Part shown: positions 53,988 to 64,000 of the stretch, piece by piece
Layout of the letters: each line of letters starts with the position of its first letter
Position numbering within the stretch: position 1 is the first letter of the stretch
Position numbers and translations under genes: made by a program
Notes under the pieces: generated by a model
What the model was told of the DNA's origin: nothing
What the model saw: only the letters and a program-made list of their open reading frames with translations
The model's database searches: none
Assembly (NCBI GenBank): GCA_000004985.1
Contig: GG738910.1
Origin: Naegleria gruberi
Taxonomy: Eukaryota
Reading direction: 5' to 3' (one strand)
Length of the DNA: 64,000 nucleotides

Positions 53988-55649
53988 ATGGCGAGACTTT
54001 CATGTATTAAAGGTTTATTTAAAATATATATTGCTGTCTTTGCTATTGTTTTATTAATTCTAGTGATTATCAACATTCAACGACATGAATCTGTTTTCAA
54101 GAAATCATCAACCTTTGAATCTATTCGAAACAAAATTTCGAATATAAATTCGGATGTATTAACAGATGAAAAAACAAACGAACAACAAAAAGATCAAGTA
54201 CAAACAATAACTAAACCATCATCAAATTTAAATACAAATATTGCTAATCAACAATTGCAAAACAAACAATCAGAAACTACAACACCTCTGATTTGTCTAA
54301 ATTCCGACTCGAATAGATTGAAAACTAAACAAGAAGAATTATGTGATTCGGAATATGGATGTGGAATGCTTCGTCAATGGAAACAAAATCAATTATTAAT
54401 GTGTGAACGAAAGGAATCCCATCAAAAAACACAATTGACTTGTTATGAACATAATAATTATCACTTGCCAACTGCCACCTTTCCACACACAATTTGTGAT
54501 TCTGAAAATCTAGTCATGGATTTCTCAAAATTAGTAAGAGCACCATGTTTGAAATATAGACCTGGATATTTTTGTAAAAAGGAAACTTATTACAATTACA
54601 AATCTGGAGCATTGATTGGAAATTGTCATAGAACGAATGAATTTTCAAATTTGAATCATTTTGCAAATGATTTTGGAAAGGATATCTTTTCCAGTTTTAT
54701 AACATTTGAAGAAAAACAAGTTGATTTGCAAAATGTGAAATTTTTTGATGGAATTACTATTTTCGTATCGAGAGAACAAGATGAACATGTCAATATGTTT
54801 CATGCAATGAGTGATTTCTTTGCCACACATGTTGTCATTGAAATGTTTAAACTGAACAGTTCAAATATTCAAATAGTCATTTTGGATGAGCATTTTGATG
54901 GACCTTTTGATTTCTTGTGGGATAAGGCACTTTCCTTCAAGAGACCAATGAAAAAGGCCTCTTCCTTTTCAAATGGAATGGTAAGATTTGAGAGGGCAAT
55001 CTTTCAACATGCTGGCTATGCTACACATTTCCTCTCAAATTTGATGAATTTTAATGAGAATGATGCTACTATGTGTCACTCAAAAATTCCACTCGTTGCC
55101 AATTTTGCCAATAGAATTTTGAATGGTTTGGGTATCAAGAAGAGAGAAATCAATAAGGGTGATGTGATTCGTGTCTTGTTCATCAGTCGAAGACCTTATG
55201 TGAAATTTGGAGTCGAGCACAATTTCATGTCTCGTCAAATTAGCAATGAAGAAGAGGTGTTGGATCGAATGAAGACTCACAGAGAATATGGCAAGAAATT
55301 CACAGTGGAAAGAGTTGATTTTGCACATTTGAAATTAGTTGAACAAATTCAAAAAGTTCACGATTCAGATTTCTTAATTGGATATCATGGAGCTGGATTG
55401 ACTCACTCATTGTGGATGCCTGAGGAAACCTCTGCAGTTCTTGAAATTTGGAATACAGTAACAACAAGAGGATGGAGATGCTTTGAACAATTCACATTTT
55501 GGAAGGGAAACGACTATACATTGTGGAGTAATTCAAATCCAAAGAATTTGAGAAAGGACAGTTTGGGAGATTACTTGACTGTGGATGTTGCGGACTTTTA
55601 CAAAACATTTGATAGAATGGTTAACAAGTTGATTGACTCTAGGAATTAG
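53988..55649 (+). CDS. GT61/DUF563 family glycosyltransferase (EGF-domain O-GlcNAc transferase-like), type II membrane
   Basis: 553 aa. N-terminal signal-anchor IYIAVFAIVLLILVII. C-terminal FLIGYHGAGLTHSLWMP matches the GT61/EOGT HGAGL motif. Confidence 0.7.
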   Translation: MARLSCIKGLFKIYIAVFAIVLLILVIINIQRHESVFKKSSTFESIRNKISNINSDVLTDEKTNEQQKDQVQTITKPSSNLNTNIANQQLQNKQSETTTPLICLNSDSNRLKTKQEELCDSEYGCGMLRQWKQNQLLMCERKESHQKTQLTCYEHNNYHLPTATFPHTICDSENLVMDFSKLVRAPCLKYRPGYFCKKETYYNYKSGALIGNCHRTNEFSNLNHFANDFGKDIFSSFITFEEKQVDLQNVKFFDGITIFVSREQDEHVNMFHAMSDFFATHVVIEMFKLNSSNIQIVILDEHFDGPFDFLWDKALSFKRPMKKASSFSNGMVRFERAIFQHAGYATHFLSNLMNFNENDATMCHSKIPLVANFANRILNGLGIKKREINKGDVIRVLFISRRPYVKFGVEHNFMSRQISNEEEVLDRMKTHREYGKKFTVERVDFAHLKLVEQIQKVHDSDFLIGYHGAGLTHSLWMPEETSAVLEIWNTVTTRGWRCFEQFTFWKGNDYTLWSNSNPKNLRKDSLGDYLTVDVADFYKTFDRMVNKLIDSRN

Positions 55650-55726
55650 AAAAATAAGATGATTTAATAGTAAATTAAGGATTTTATTTAATTGATGTAC
55701 AAAAGGAGACGAAATTAATTTAAGTT

Positions 55727-56425
55727 TCAAATTTTCACCTTTTTTAAAGTTTCGACTGGTGAATGATTTGGAATAACTTTTCTCTTCTTTGAATTGGAAC
55801 AATTTGAGTGGACGTATAATTGCAGAGAAGGTGAAAACTCTGCCTCACTCAAAACCCAATTCATTCTCTGAGAATCGTATGATTTATCCAAATCTTCTTC
55901 ACAGATTGGACACACTGACTGATCTGTATTGGCAATGATTGTTTTGAGAGAGGAGTTTTTGTTTTGAGAGAGTTCAGCAACACTTTCCTTCCTTTGAACC
56001 TTGAAGAAATCAAAAGCAGAAACGACACTCTGTTTATTATTCGAATCTTGTTTTAAAACTGATGAATCAGTTTGATTGAACAACAAGAAACTTGGACTTT
56101 GAACAGGAACAACATTTCCCTGCAGCCAATCGTCTTCACTGCCAAACCAACTTCTCGATTGAATGATTTTAATTGGCTTTTGAATGTTTCGTTTCTTTCT
56201 GTGTCCGTTATTTACATTATTGTTTGATTTTCTATTGTTATTCTTGGAAGACGAGTACATTGCCTGTCTATTATTCGAAGGTGTATTGTTATTCGACACA
56301 ATGGAAGAGGGAGCAATGGGAAAGGAATTTTTGTTTGATGACTTGTTGGTTAATTGCTTGAGAATGTAATTTAGAAATTGCGGAGTAGTAGCAGGTTGAT
56401 TGTTAGAATGGCTTGGTTTCATCAT
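55727..56425 (-). CDS. hypothetical N/S-rich protein
   Basis: 232-aa ORF; no recognised domain. Confidence 0.3.
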   Translation of the reverse strand: MMKPSHSNNQPATTPQFLNYILKQLTNKSSNKNSFPIAPSSIVSNNNTPSNNRQAMYSSSKNNNRKSNNNVNNGHRKKRNIQKPIKIIQSRSWFGSEDDWLQGNVVPVQSPSFLLFNQTDSSVLKQDSNNKQSVVSAFDFFKVQRKESVAELSQNKNSSLKTIIANTDQSVCPICEEDLDKSYDSQRMNWVLSEAEFSPSLQLYVHSNCSNSKKRKVIPNHSPVETLKKVKI

Positions 56426-57096
56426 TTTAGATTAAATGTTGGCGATAGTGTAGTATTATTATGTTGTTGGAAAAAAACGTTATTTATTAGATAAATCCAC
56501 AGTAGTGATATGTTGTGGTATTTTTTTTGAAATTATTAATAGATTAAATCCGTTACAGGAAACTTTTACAATTTTTTTCAATTATCCTTAAAATATCTTG
56601 CACCAAGATCATGAATGGATTGAAGATTTTCATTTGTGTCTTTTAAATATTTGGTACAAAGAAACAGGATACTATATTCTTGCCTTTTTAAAACCTTGAT
56701 GTAGTTTAAACCCAAAATCATTGTGGAATTATGTGCAGGATTACATAAGATAGATCCTCATCTCTCAAAGACGATTCTTCAATTTATGAAAGTTCATATT
56801 CCTTTTGTCCATTTTCTGGTCATTCTCTCTTGTCCAGTATTCAACAATATAATACATTCAAGAGAGATGGTATTGAAAGTTGTAGAACGATCTTCCTTAA
56901 AAGCCAATACCACAATCCTTAATTGGTGAGCACTCTCGCAATAAGTAAATGATTCTCTGAGGAAGAATATTAATTAATTTGGCCCTATAACCCCACAACT
57001 GGAATCGGCCCTTTGCTTTCCACAACGACCCTGTTATAACATCTCCAAAAAAAGATCTCGATTGTTGCTGCTCATTCTTTCACATTCCTATGTAAA

Positions 57097-57930
57097 ATGG
57101 GCTCAAATACATCAACAACTATTATTGAACAACAACAAGCAGGTGAGGAAGAAAGATCTTTGACCAAGTCAAGATCTATGAGGCAGCCCTCCCTTAAGAG
57201 ATCATCAAGTAATACAGCTTCCGATGATGAGAAGAGTCCAATAGAAGAAATTTTGATGGAAAACCAACCATCAATTATTGGATTTGTTGGAAATTTGATG
57301 GGAATTAAGCAATCACATCATCATAAAGCCATTCGAGTTGTGGATATGGAACAAGCACACAAAATTTCTGAATCTTCGATATTATCATCACCCTTAAAGA
57401 GTGGTAATACAAATGGTGGTGAAGAAGCTTTCCAACCAATCTATTCATCAAAAACTGCCTTTACAAGACCTAGAGCCAAATCATTTGGTCCTTCATTGAA
57501 GAATAGTCTCTCATCAAATAATTCAGTGAATTCTTCAATTTCCAATAGTATCCTTACCAGAAATCAGGTGCATCTCAATTCTTCATACGACGGCTGGAAT
57601 AGAGATGCTATCTGTTGGGAGGAATTTAAGAGAAAAAGTATAGAACGTGAAAATAAGAGAAAGAAGGTTAAGGATGTATCAGCATCATGGTCACCTTCAC
57701 CTTCCAGTCAATCACCAAATGGAAAACAACCACAAGCAACAAATAACGTGTCAATAAGTGTGAGCTTATCAACTCAATCTTCACCACGAGGCAAAGGTAA
57801 CAACAGAAGATATGGAATTATACTTGCACCAATCACAAACCGTGTTGGTATGGAAGTTGAACGAACAGGAATAGGAAACTTTTTGAAGAACCTTGAACAA
57901 CCCTCACTGTTATCCCAATCAATCAAATAG
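57097..57930 (+). CDS. Ser-rich hypothetical protein with N-terminal MGSNTS myristoylation consensus
   Basis: 277-aa ORF with an ATG start. Confidence 0.4.
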   Translation: MGSNTSTTIIEQQQAGEEERSLTKSRSMRQPSLKRSSSNTASDDEKSPIEEILMENQPSIIGFVGNLMGIKQSHHHKAIRVVDMEQAHKISESSILSSPLKSGNTNGGEEAFQPIYSSKTAFTRPRAKSFGPSLKNSLSSNNSVNSSISNSILTRNQVHLNSSYDGWNRDAICWEEFKRKSIERENKRKKVKDVSASWSPSPSSQSPNGKQPQATNNVSISVSLSTQSSPRGKGNNRRYGIILAPITNRVGMEVERTGIGNFLKNLEQPSLLSQSIK

Positions 57931-58204
57931 AATAGAATCTCTTTGAATTGGAGAGGAAATGATAGTAGAGCTCGCAAATTGTGATGCGAATCATATAGAC
58001 TAAAAAAGAACTAATAAGCACTGAGGAAAATCTCTTCCTTAATATGGACCTTATGAAGTTTTAGGACAAAACCAAAGGCCAAAGATAATACACTGATAAA
58101 TTAGATATGTTTGTGCTTGATACTAATTTTACAGGTCCCTTATCTGTGAGATGTGAATCAAACTAGGCAAACTCAAAACATGTTTATTTACAGGCAGTTT
58201 ATTT

Positions 58205-60319
58205 TTAAACACTTGAGGAGGTTGAAGGAGAACTCACTTTCAATTGATCTTGTAATTTGGCTTGTAACTTTTTCCTGTTTTCAGCATTCTTTCTTTTGGA
58301 TCTTAGTAACAGGACTGTTGTAAAGATTACAATAATCAAAATAATTAAAAGAATGACCACCACACCAACAACACCCACAGTGATACCAATTGTTACTGCT
58401 GACTGATCAGAAGAGGTATATGTTGAGGTTTGTACCTTATTTTCACTCAGTGTCTTCTTAACAGACATGTCAATGACTCCAAATGAAGTAAGGTGACTCG
58501 TTTCACATTTGACTGATATTACAACTTGGAAATTGGTGTTATCTATTGTCTTGTTCAAGAAGGAGAGAATAGTAGTTTTCAACCCTGAAGATTCCCAAGT
58601 GTTTTTCAAAGTATTGTAATAGGCACAGGAATAATTCAAGTGCTCAGATTTACCAATTGAAACATTGAAGAAAGCTAATGAAATTGGATCTTGTAAACCC
58701 TTGATTGCAATTTCTTGAGCCGATTGTCTGTCATAGAGTGAAATGGACATAACTGTACTCTTCAATTTGTCACTATTCGAAAATAAAACTGGAGCAGAAT
58801 TAGTGCTTGGATCGTAAATGGACGAAACTAACACAATCTCGCTTACATTATTAATTTGATCACTCATTGTCGCTGGAAATTCAAAACTAGTCTTGAAACC
58901 GTCAAAGGAAACTGATTTGGAATCAAGTTCTGTAACATCCTTCACAACTGTCAACTTTTCAACATAACCGTTTACCAAAGAAGTGTTCAAACATGTAGAA
59001 TTTGCAGCCACAATCTTTCCATAACAATACTTGTATTCACAATATTGTCCAAAGTAATTTTCTTGGCATTCAACAACAGGTTCTTCCTCATTCATCCAAT
59101 AATCTCCAATGTCAGTTTCTCTCCAGTCTGGTATTGTGAGATTAAGTGGTTTTGTGACGCATAATGTACCATTAGAATTAATGGAATAATTTGTTGAATT
59201 ACACGAATATTCCATCATTAGAATTCTTTGATTATTGGTATCGGTTACTGTTATGGCCATAGAGGAAACTCCTGGTTTAGACAGAATGTTGATAGACACA
59301 CTTTCAGGACCTGACATGATTGTAGTTCCAGATACGGTTTGAATAATACCAGTACGCAAATCAATTCTTCTCAATCTGTGATTCCAACTGTCGGCAATGT
59401 ACAAATCATTTTGTAATCCCAAGAATAAATCTCGAGGACTGTTAATCATGGCAGAAGTTGCTGCCGAACCGTCACCTGCAATACCTCCATTTCCTGTTCC
59501 ACATATGGTTGAGATTATTCCAGTGGCAGCTGTTATTTTTCTGATTCTGTTGTTTTGAGTATCAGCAATATAAATGTCACCATTAGACATGATAGCAACA
59601 GCTTGAGGACCATTCAACTTGGCAGATGTTGACAATACGTTATCTGTAAATCCTGATGAACCTGCTGTTCCAGCAATTGTTGTAATAATACCAGTAAATA
59701 TATCAAGTTTTCTGACAATATGGTTAAGAGTGTCTGAAATGTACAAATATTTCTGTGTTGTGGTATCGAATGTAACTCCTCTTGGACCATTAAGCATGGC
59801 TTGAGTAGCTATTTTACCATCGCCTGAAAACCCAGCTGTCAAGTTGCCAGCAACAATAACGAGCTGACCTGTCATTAAATTTAACTTTCGAATAATATTA
59901 TTACCACTCTCAGCAATGTATAACGCATTCTCTGTAGTACTCATGGTAATCTGTCTAGGTTCATTGAGTTTCGAATATCTTGCTTTGAACTTTCCACCAA
60001 CGAGTGGTGATTCAGCAAAACCTTTCTCACCAGTTCCACATAAAGTCAGTAAACTGCCATTCGAATGAATAAACTTCAATTGATGATTGCCAGTATCAGC
60101 AATCAACACTCTTGAATAATTAGAAACCCTTACTCCAGCTGGCCAAACTAGAGCATAGTTATTGCCAGCATCAGCAATAGTTTTATAACTTGTGGCCGTT
60201 GGCGTTAATTGACCATTGACATGTTGTTGATCTAGCTGTGTCAGTTGACTAAAGAGCAGAGTTGTTATGATCGTTATTATTAAATGTAGAATAGTCATAG
60301 ATGAAACTGTTTGCTGCAT
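58205..60319 (-). CDS. type I membrane NHL-repeat (6-bladed beta-propeller) protein with EGF-like module, GPS-like autoproteolysis motif (HLTSFGV), single TM and short cytoplasmic tail
   Basis: 704 aa. Signal peptide. Repeated YIADTQNNRIRKI / YIADSWNHRLRRI NHL motifs. CQENYFGQYCEYKYC. ...VKCETSHLTSFGV lies 89 aa before the C-terminus, followed by TM VTIGITVGVVGVVVILLIILIIVIF. Confidence 0.7.
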   Translation of the reverse strand: MQQTVSSMTILHLIITIITTLLFSQLTQLDQQHVNGQLTPTATSYKTIADAGNNYALVWPAGVRVSNYSRVLIADTGNHQLKFIHSNGSLLTLCGTGEKGFAESPLVGGKFKARYSKLNEPRQITMSTTENALYIAESGNNIIRKLNLMTGQLVIVAGNLTAGFSGDGKIATQAMLNGPRGVTFDTTTQKYLYISDTLNHIVRKLDIFTGIITTIAGTAGSSGFTDNVLSTSAKLNGPQAVAIMSNGDIYIADTQNNRIRKITAATGIISTICGTGNGGIAGDGSAATSAMINSPRDLFLGLQNDLYIADSWNHRLRRIDLRTGIIQTVSGTTIMSGPESVSINILSKPGVSSMAITVTDTNNQRILMMEYSCNSTNYSINSNGTLCVTKPLNLTIPDWRETDIGDYWMNEEEPVVECQENYFGQYCEYKYCYGKIVAANSTCLNTSLVNGYVEKLTVVKDVTELDSKSVSFDGFKTSFEFPATMSDQINNVSEIVLVSSIYDPSTNSAPVLFSNSDKLKSTVMSISLYDRQSAQEIAIKGLQDPISLAFFNVSIGKSEHLNYSCAYYNTLKNTWESSGLKTTILSFLNKTIDNTNFQVVISVKCETSHLTSFGVIDMSVKKTLSENKVQTSTYTSSDQSAVTIGITVGVVGVVVILLIILIIVIFTTVLLLRSKRKNAENRKKLQAKLQDQLKVSSPSTSSSV

Positions 60320-61585
60320 GTTGTACAGATGTGTGTTGTTTCTTTTTAGTTTTTGGGAATAAATCTTGTGCTGATTTAACCACCATTGGATTTACCATTG
60401 TTTCGTAAAAGGAATACACAAGCAATAGATTTTTCTGTTATCCAATAGTTCAGGAACTCTGTTTCTTAATCGGATAACATTCGGTTAAAAGACCAAATCG
60501 ACAAGGACATGATGGGTACTAGAATAAAATTCTTTCATTGGCCAAGTGTGCCTCTAAAAAACCAAGTAGCCTTTCAAATGTATAACCTCACCTTGATTAA
60601 GATTTCGCACGCGGTGGACTCTAGACACAGCAGATGCTTGATGGAGGAGATTTGCCTTCTTATTTGTGTAATTGATTTTTGATGTTGAAATGACGAGATG
60701 GATATTAATACAGATCAAGCATTCCAATTTGGTCCTAAATAATGAATATTATTTGAATGAAGAAATTGATGGTTATGGAATGTTATTTGGCTAAAGGCTT
60801 TTTGATATCATCAGGGTTGTGTACCTGTCTGTATTGCTGAAATTATCCATCGATTGTAAATAAATACTGATGTTGGTGAGGAGAAGGAATTGTGGAGGTT
60901 GTAATACATCTTCTTATTGTTCTCCGAGGAAGAGTTTGATGTTATCAGAACATGAAGGAACAGTTGTTGGGAATTTTTAATTTTTTAATTAAAAAATACA
61001 ACAATTTCCTTCAGATCCTTGTTGTGTAGAGAAGAATGAAGATTTTAGTTGGTGATGAGGAATTTATTAAATAATAATTTTGTGATTTCTAATCTATGAA
61101 TCTGTGAGCATCAAGCTATGATGTAAATGTTGATTTTCTTGGTTACATCATAAGAGCGTGAAAAAGCGAATCGGAACAACATTATAGGATAATCCAATCA
61201 CGTGCATTGGTTGTTAAATGGTTAGAGTAGATATTAGGAAGAACAATTACAACTTGTATGCTAAAGGAACAATTTATCTTTTGCAACTTTGTTCAGGGCA
61301 TTTGTAGGCCTTTATGTGGACTGAAAAAAGACAATTGAGTCAGTTTACAAAACAATCTAAAGCATTAATGACCTGAAATCAAGTCATTAGGCGGAGTTTT
61401 TTTTGACATGTGTACCTTAATCTCCGAATTTTAAGGAAGGAAAGAGGAAGTACCACCAAATTGATCCACAATAGGGTTTGTAAAACAAACTTTTTAACAG
61501 TCTCATTCATTGTGTGGGTTTTTGAAACGATACTTTGACAATCTTTGAAAGGCCTACTTCAAGATGTTTGTGAAAAAAATTGAAA

Positions 61586-64000
61586 ATGCTGAACCGAGTC
61601 TTTCAAACTGGTGTCCTGTTGGTACTCACTCTTACTGTTTTAGTTTTGATTATTGACAATCAACTCTGTGTAAATGCAACATTTAAACCATTGTACAAGA
61701 TGAGTACTGTTGTGGGTGGTGGATTTGATGATGGTCAAGATGCTAAACAAGTTTGCCTTGCTCCAACCAAAGTCAAGTTTGATAGAAAGAGTGAGAATAT
61801 TTATATTTCAGGTGAGTTTTTATTCTAAACATGCTTCAAGATTATATGATTAGATAGAATCAATAATAGAATCAGAAAGTTGGATGTGATGAGTGGAAAG
61901 ATCAGCACTATTGTTGGAAATGAATTTATTGGATTTTCAGGAGATGGTCAAGCAGCAACTCTTGCTCATATCAATAATCCAGGAAAGGTTGAGGTCTCTT
62001 CAAATAATGATATTTACTTTGCTGTAAGTTCTCTTTGTTCTGTTTCTAATACACTCATTTCAAAAAGGACACTAACAATCACAGAATTAGAAAGGTATTT
62101 GCCAATGGAACGATTTTAACCATTGCTGGTTGTGGAGAATTTGGTTTTGATCTGGAAGAGAAATCTCCAGTTCCTGCTCTAGAAGCCAAAATCAATTATC
62201 CTAAAGCAGTTCTTCTCTCTTCTGATGAAAAGATATTGTACATTACAGATACAGCTTCTCACATGATCAAAGCTCTTTCATTCGAAACTGGTTTAGTTTC
62301 CATTATTGCTGGCTCTTTATACCGTGATAGTTCTCAAAACTCAACGATTGTTCAAGGACCAATCAGTTTGGCTTTGAGCCCTCTGACTAGTGAGGTTTAT
62401 TTTGTAGATGATGATGGTATTAAAAAGATTACTAATGAAGGAAAGATCGAAATGATAACAAGAAATTCTAAATTTGGTGGAGATGGAGGTCTAGCAATCA
62501 ATGCTGGAGTTTCAGCTGTTGATATTGAGTTTTTGGGCACTAGTAATACATTGTTAATTGCTGATTACGGCAATAATCGAATTAGAATTATTGGTACCAA
62601 TGGCTTTATTGAAACCTATGCTGGTAATGGTAATGTGACTTCAAGTATTGATGGCGAAAGAGCTTTAGATTCTCCACTGACGGCTTTTGGAGTTTCCACA
62701 TCTAATGAGGGTGAAGTTTATTTTGCTGATTATGCCAGAGTTTCAGTTGTCACCATTAATGGCTTAATCAAACACGTGGCTGGTAATGGGAAATTGCAAT
62801 ATTTGGGAGATGGTAATTTAGCAACCCAAAGTCAATTATTCAAGCCAAGAGGTGTTGCTGTTTCCACAAGTGGAGAGCTATTTATCAGCGATTCTGCTCA
62901 AGATACTATTCGAAAAGTTTCTACTGAAGGTGTAATTAATACCATTGCCGGTGGAACTTTTCCATTGGGAGGTTATATTCAAGATGGTGTTGACCCATTG
63001 AATACATTCCTTAATAATCCAAGCGCTCTAGAATTTTCATCAAGTTCAGGAGAATTGTTTCTTTCAGATTCTCACAATTTTAGAGTGAGAAAGATTTCAA
63101 AGGAAAATATCATTTCTACAATCGCTAACCATACCTCAATCACCAGACCACACGGCATTGCTCTTTATAATGACTTGGTTTATGTGGCTGATTCTCAATC
63201 CAATAGAGTGATACGAGTTGATAAGAATGATGGCTCTGTAACTCTGATAGCAGGAAATGGAACTGCTGGTTATTCAGGAGATGGAAGTTTGGCTACTCAA
63301 GCTCAATTATTCAATGTTTCTGGAGTTACTGTTCTTCCTAATGGTGAAGTTTTGATTGCAGACACCAACAATCATAGAATTCGTAAGGTCAACTTGGAGG
63401 GTATTATTCAAACAATTGCTGGTACAGGAATTCCCGGATTTAATGGTGATAATATCCTCGCCACTAGTGCTCAATTGAATTCTCCAACTGACATCGAAGT
63501 TTCTCCAGTTTCAGGTGAAATTATTATTGTTGATTCGAATAATCATCGTATCAGAAAGATTGATTCCTTTGGTAATATTTCTACAATTGCAGGAACAGGT
63601 ATTGCATCATTGAGCTCACATGGTAAACTTTCCATCTATGGAAGTCTTAACACTCCAACTACGCTTTCAATTTCTGCTTTCAGTGGTCATGTCTACATTG
63701 CAGATTACGAAAATAGAAGAATTAGAAAATTGGAACAATTTACTATTGAAAAATACAATCTTCCAGTTCAAGATGATGGTGAATTGAGAACCGAAACTAT
63801 CCAAGATTCTACAAATCTTAAAACAATTAATTATGATAATATTCAAATTGAACCTCCAAAGGAAAGTTTAAAGAATTCAGAGCTGAGTCTTGCCACTTCA
63901 GTTTACCAAGTCGACAGAAATGGAAAATTAACATCTTTTGAAAAGTCTATTAAGAGTGGAATTGTCACTGTTGCAATTTTGGATTCTGATTGTAATGTTA
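61586..64000 (+). CDS. paralogous NHL-repeat secreted/membrane protein, 3'-truncated by window edge; exons 61586..61811, 61854..62023, 62068..>64000
   Basis: Signal peptide. Introns of 42 nt (GTGAGT...TTAG) and 44 nt (GTAAGT...AAAAAG) restore the NHL motifs (GD-RINNRIRKLD and DTNNHRIRKVFANGTILTIAGCG). At least 10 further NHL repeats follow (IADTNNHRIRKV, IVDSNNHRIRKI). Confidence 0.7.

Noticed and set aside
1-64000. possibility that the window is bacterial, phage or organellar
   Set aside because: It has spliceosomal introns with GT-AG ends and homopolymeric Asn/Thr/Gln coding tracts. It has A-rich ATG contexts and no Shine-Dalgarno patterns. The mitochondrial RNA polymerase here is a nuclear-encoded gene with a presequence.

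Overview
This is an AT-rich, gene-dense nuclear eukaryotic window, not a prokaryotic one. It uses TAA stops, A-rich AAAATG start contexts and poly-Asn/Thr/Gln coding tracts. Its spliceosomal introns are very short (about 39-47 nt, up to 148 nt), with GTAAGT/GTATGT/GTGAGT donors and AG acceptors; I reconstructed them by hand from frame continuity and homology. The style is most consistent with a social amoeba (Dictyostelia-like amoebozoan); that is an inference from codon/intron/low-complexity style, not a database hit. I support about 30 protein-coding genes on both strands, and all product calls are motif-level recognition rather than search results. The confident housekeeping calls are a mitochondrial T7-type RNA polymerase, V-ATPase subunit D, a DENN-domain protein, Arp2/3 subunit ARPC2 (2 exons), cytosolic aconitase/IRP1-like, a PHO80/cyclin-U-like cyclin (2 exons) and a TM2-domain protein (4 exons). 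A membrane/secretory accessory set includes two GT61/EOGT-like glycosyltransferase paralogs (one truncated) and other type II membrane glycosyltransferase-like genes. It also includes a receptor-like protein with a Cache-like extracellular sensor, a HAMP-like linker and a degenerate cyclase homology domain. Three NHL-repeat proteins are present, two of them head-to-head paralogs; the complete one carries a GPS autoproteolysis motif before a single TM. A secreted Asn-Gly-Ser repeat gene carries three frameshifts and is a probable pseudogene. A THUMP-type methyltransferase reading frame is interrupted by four tandem EGF-like coding repeats and one in-frame TAG. No rRNA, convincing tRNA, transposon or CRISPR was found. 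The rare GC hexamer GGCGCC recurs as TTTGGCGCC (an E2F-like motif) in promoter-like intergenic regions, with four copies clustered upstream of the cyclin gene.
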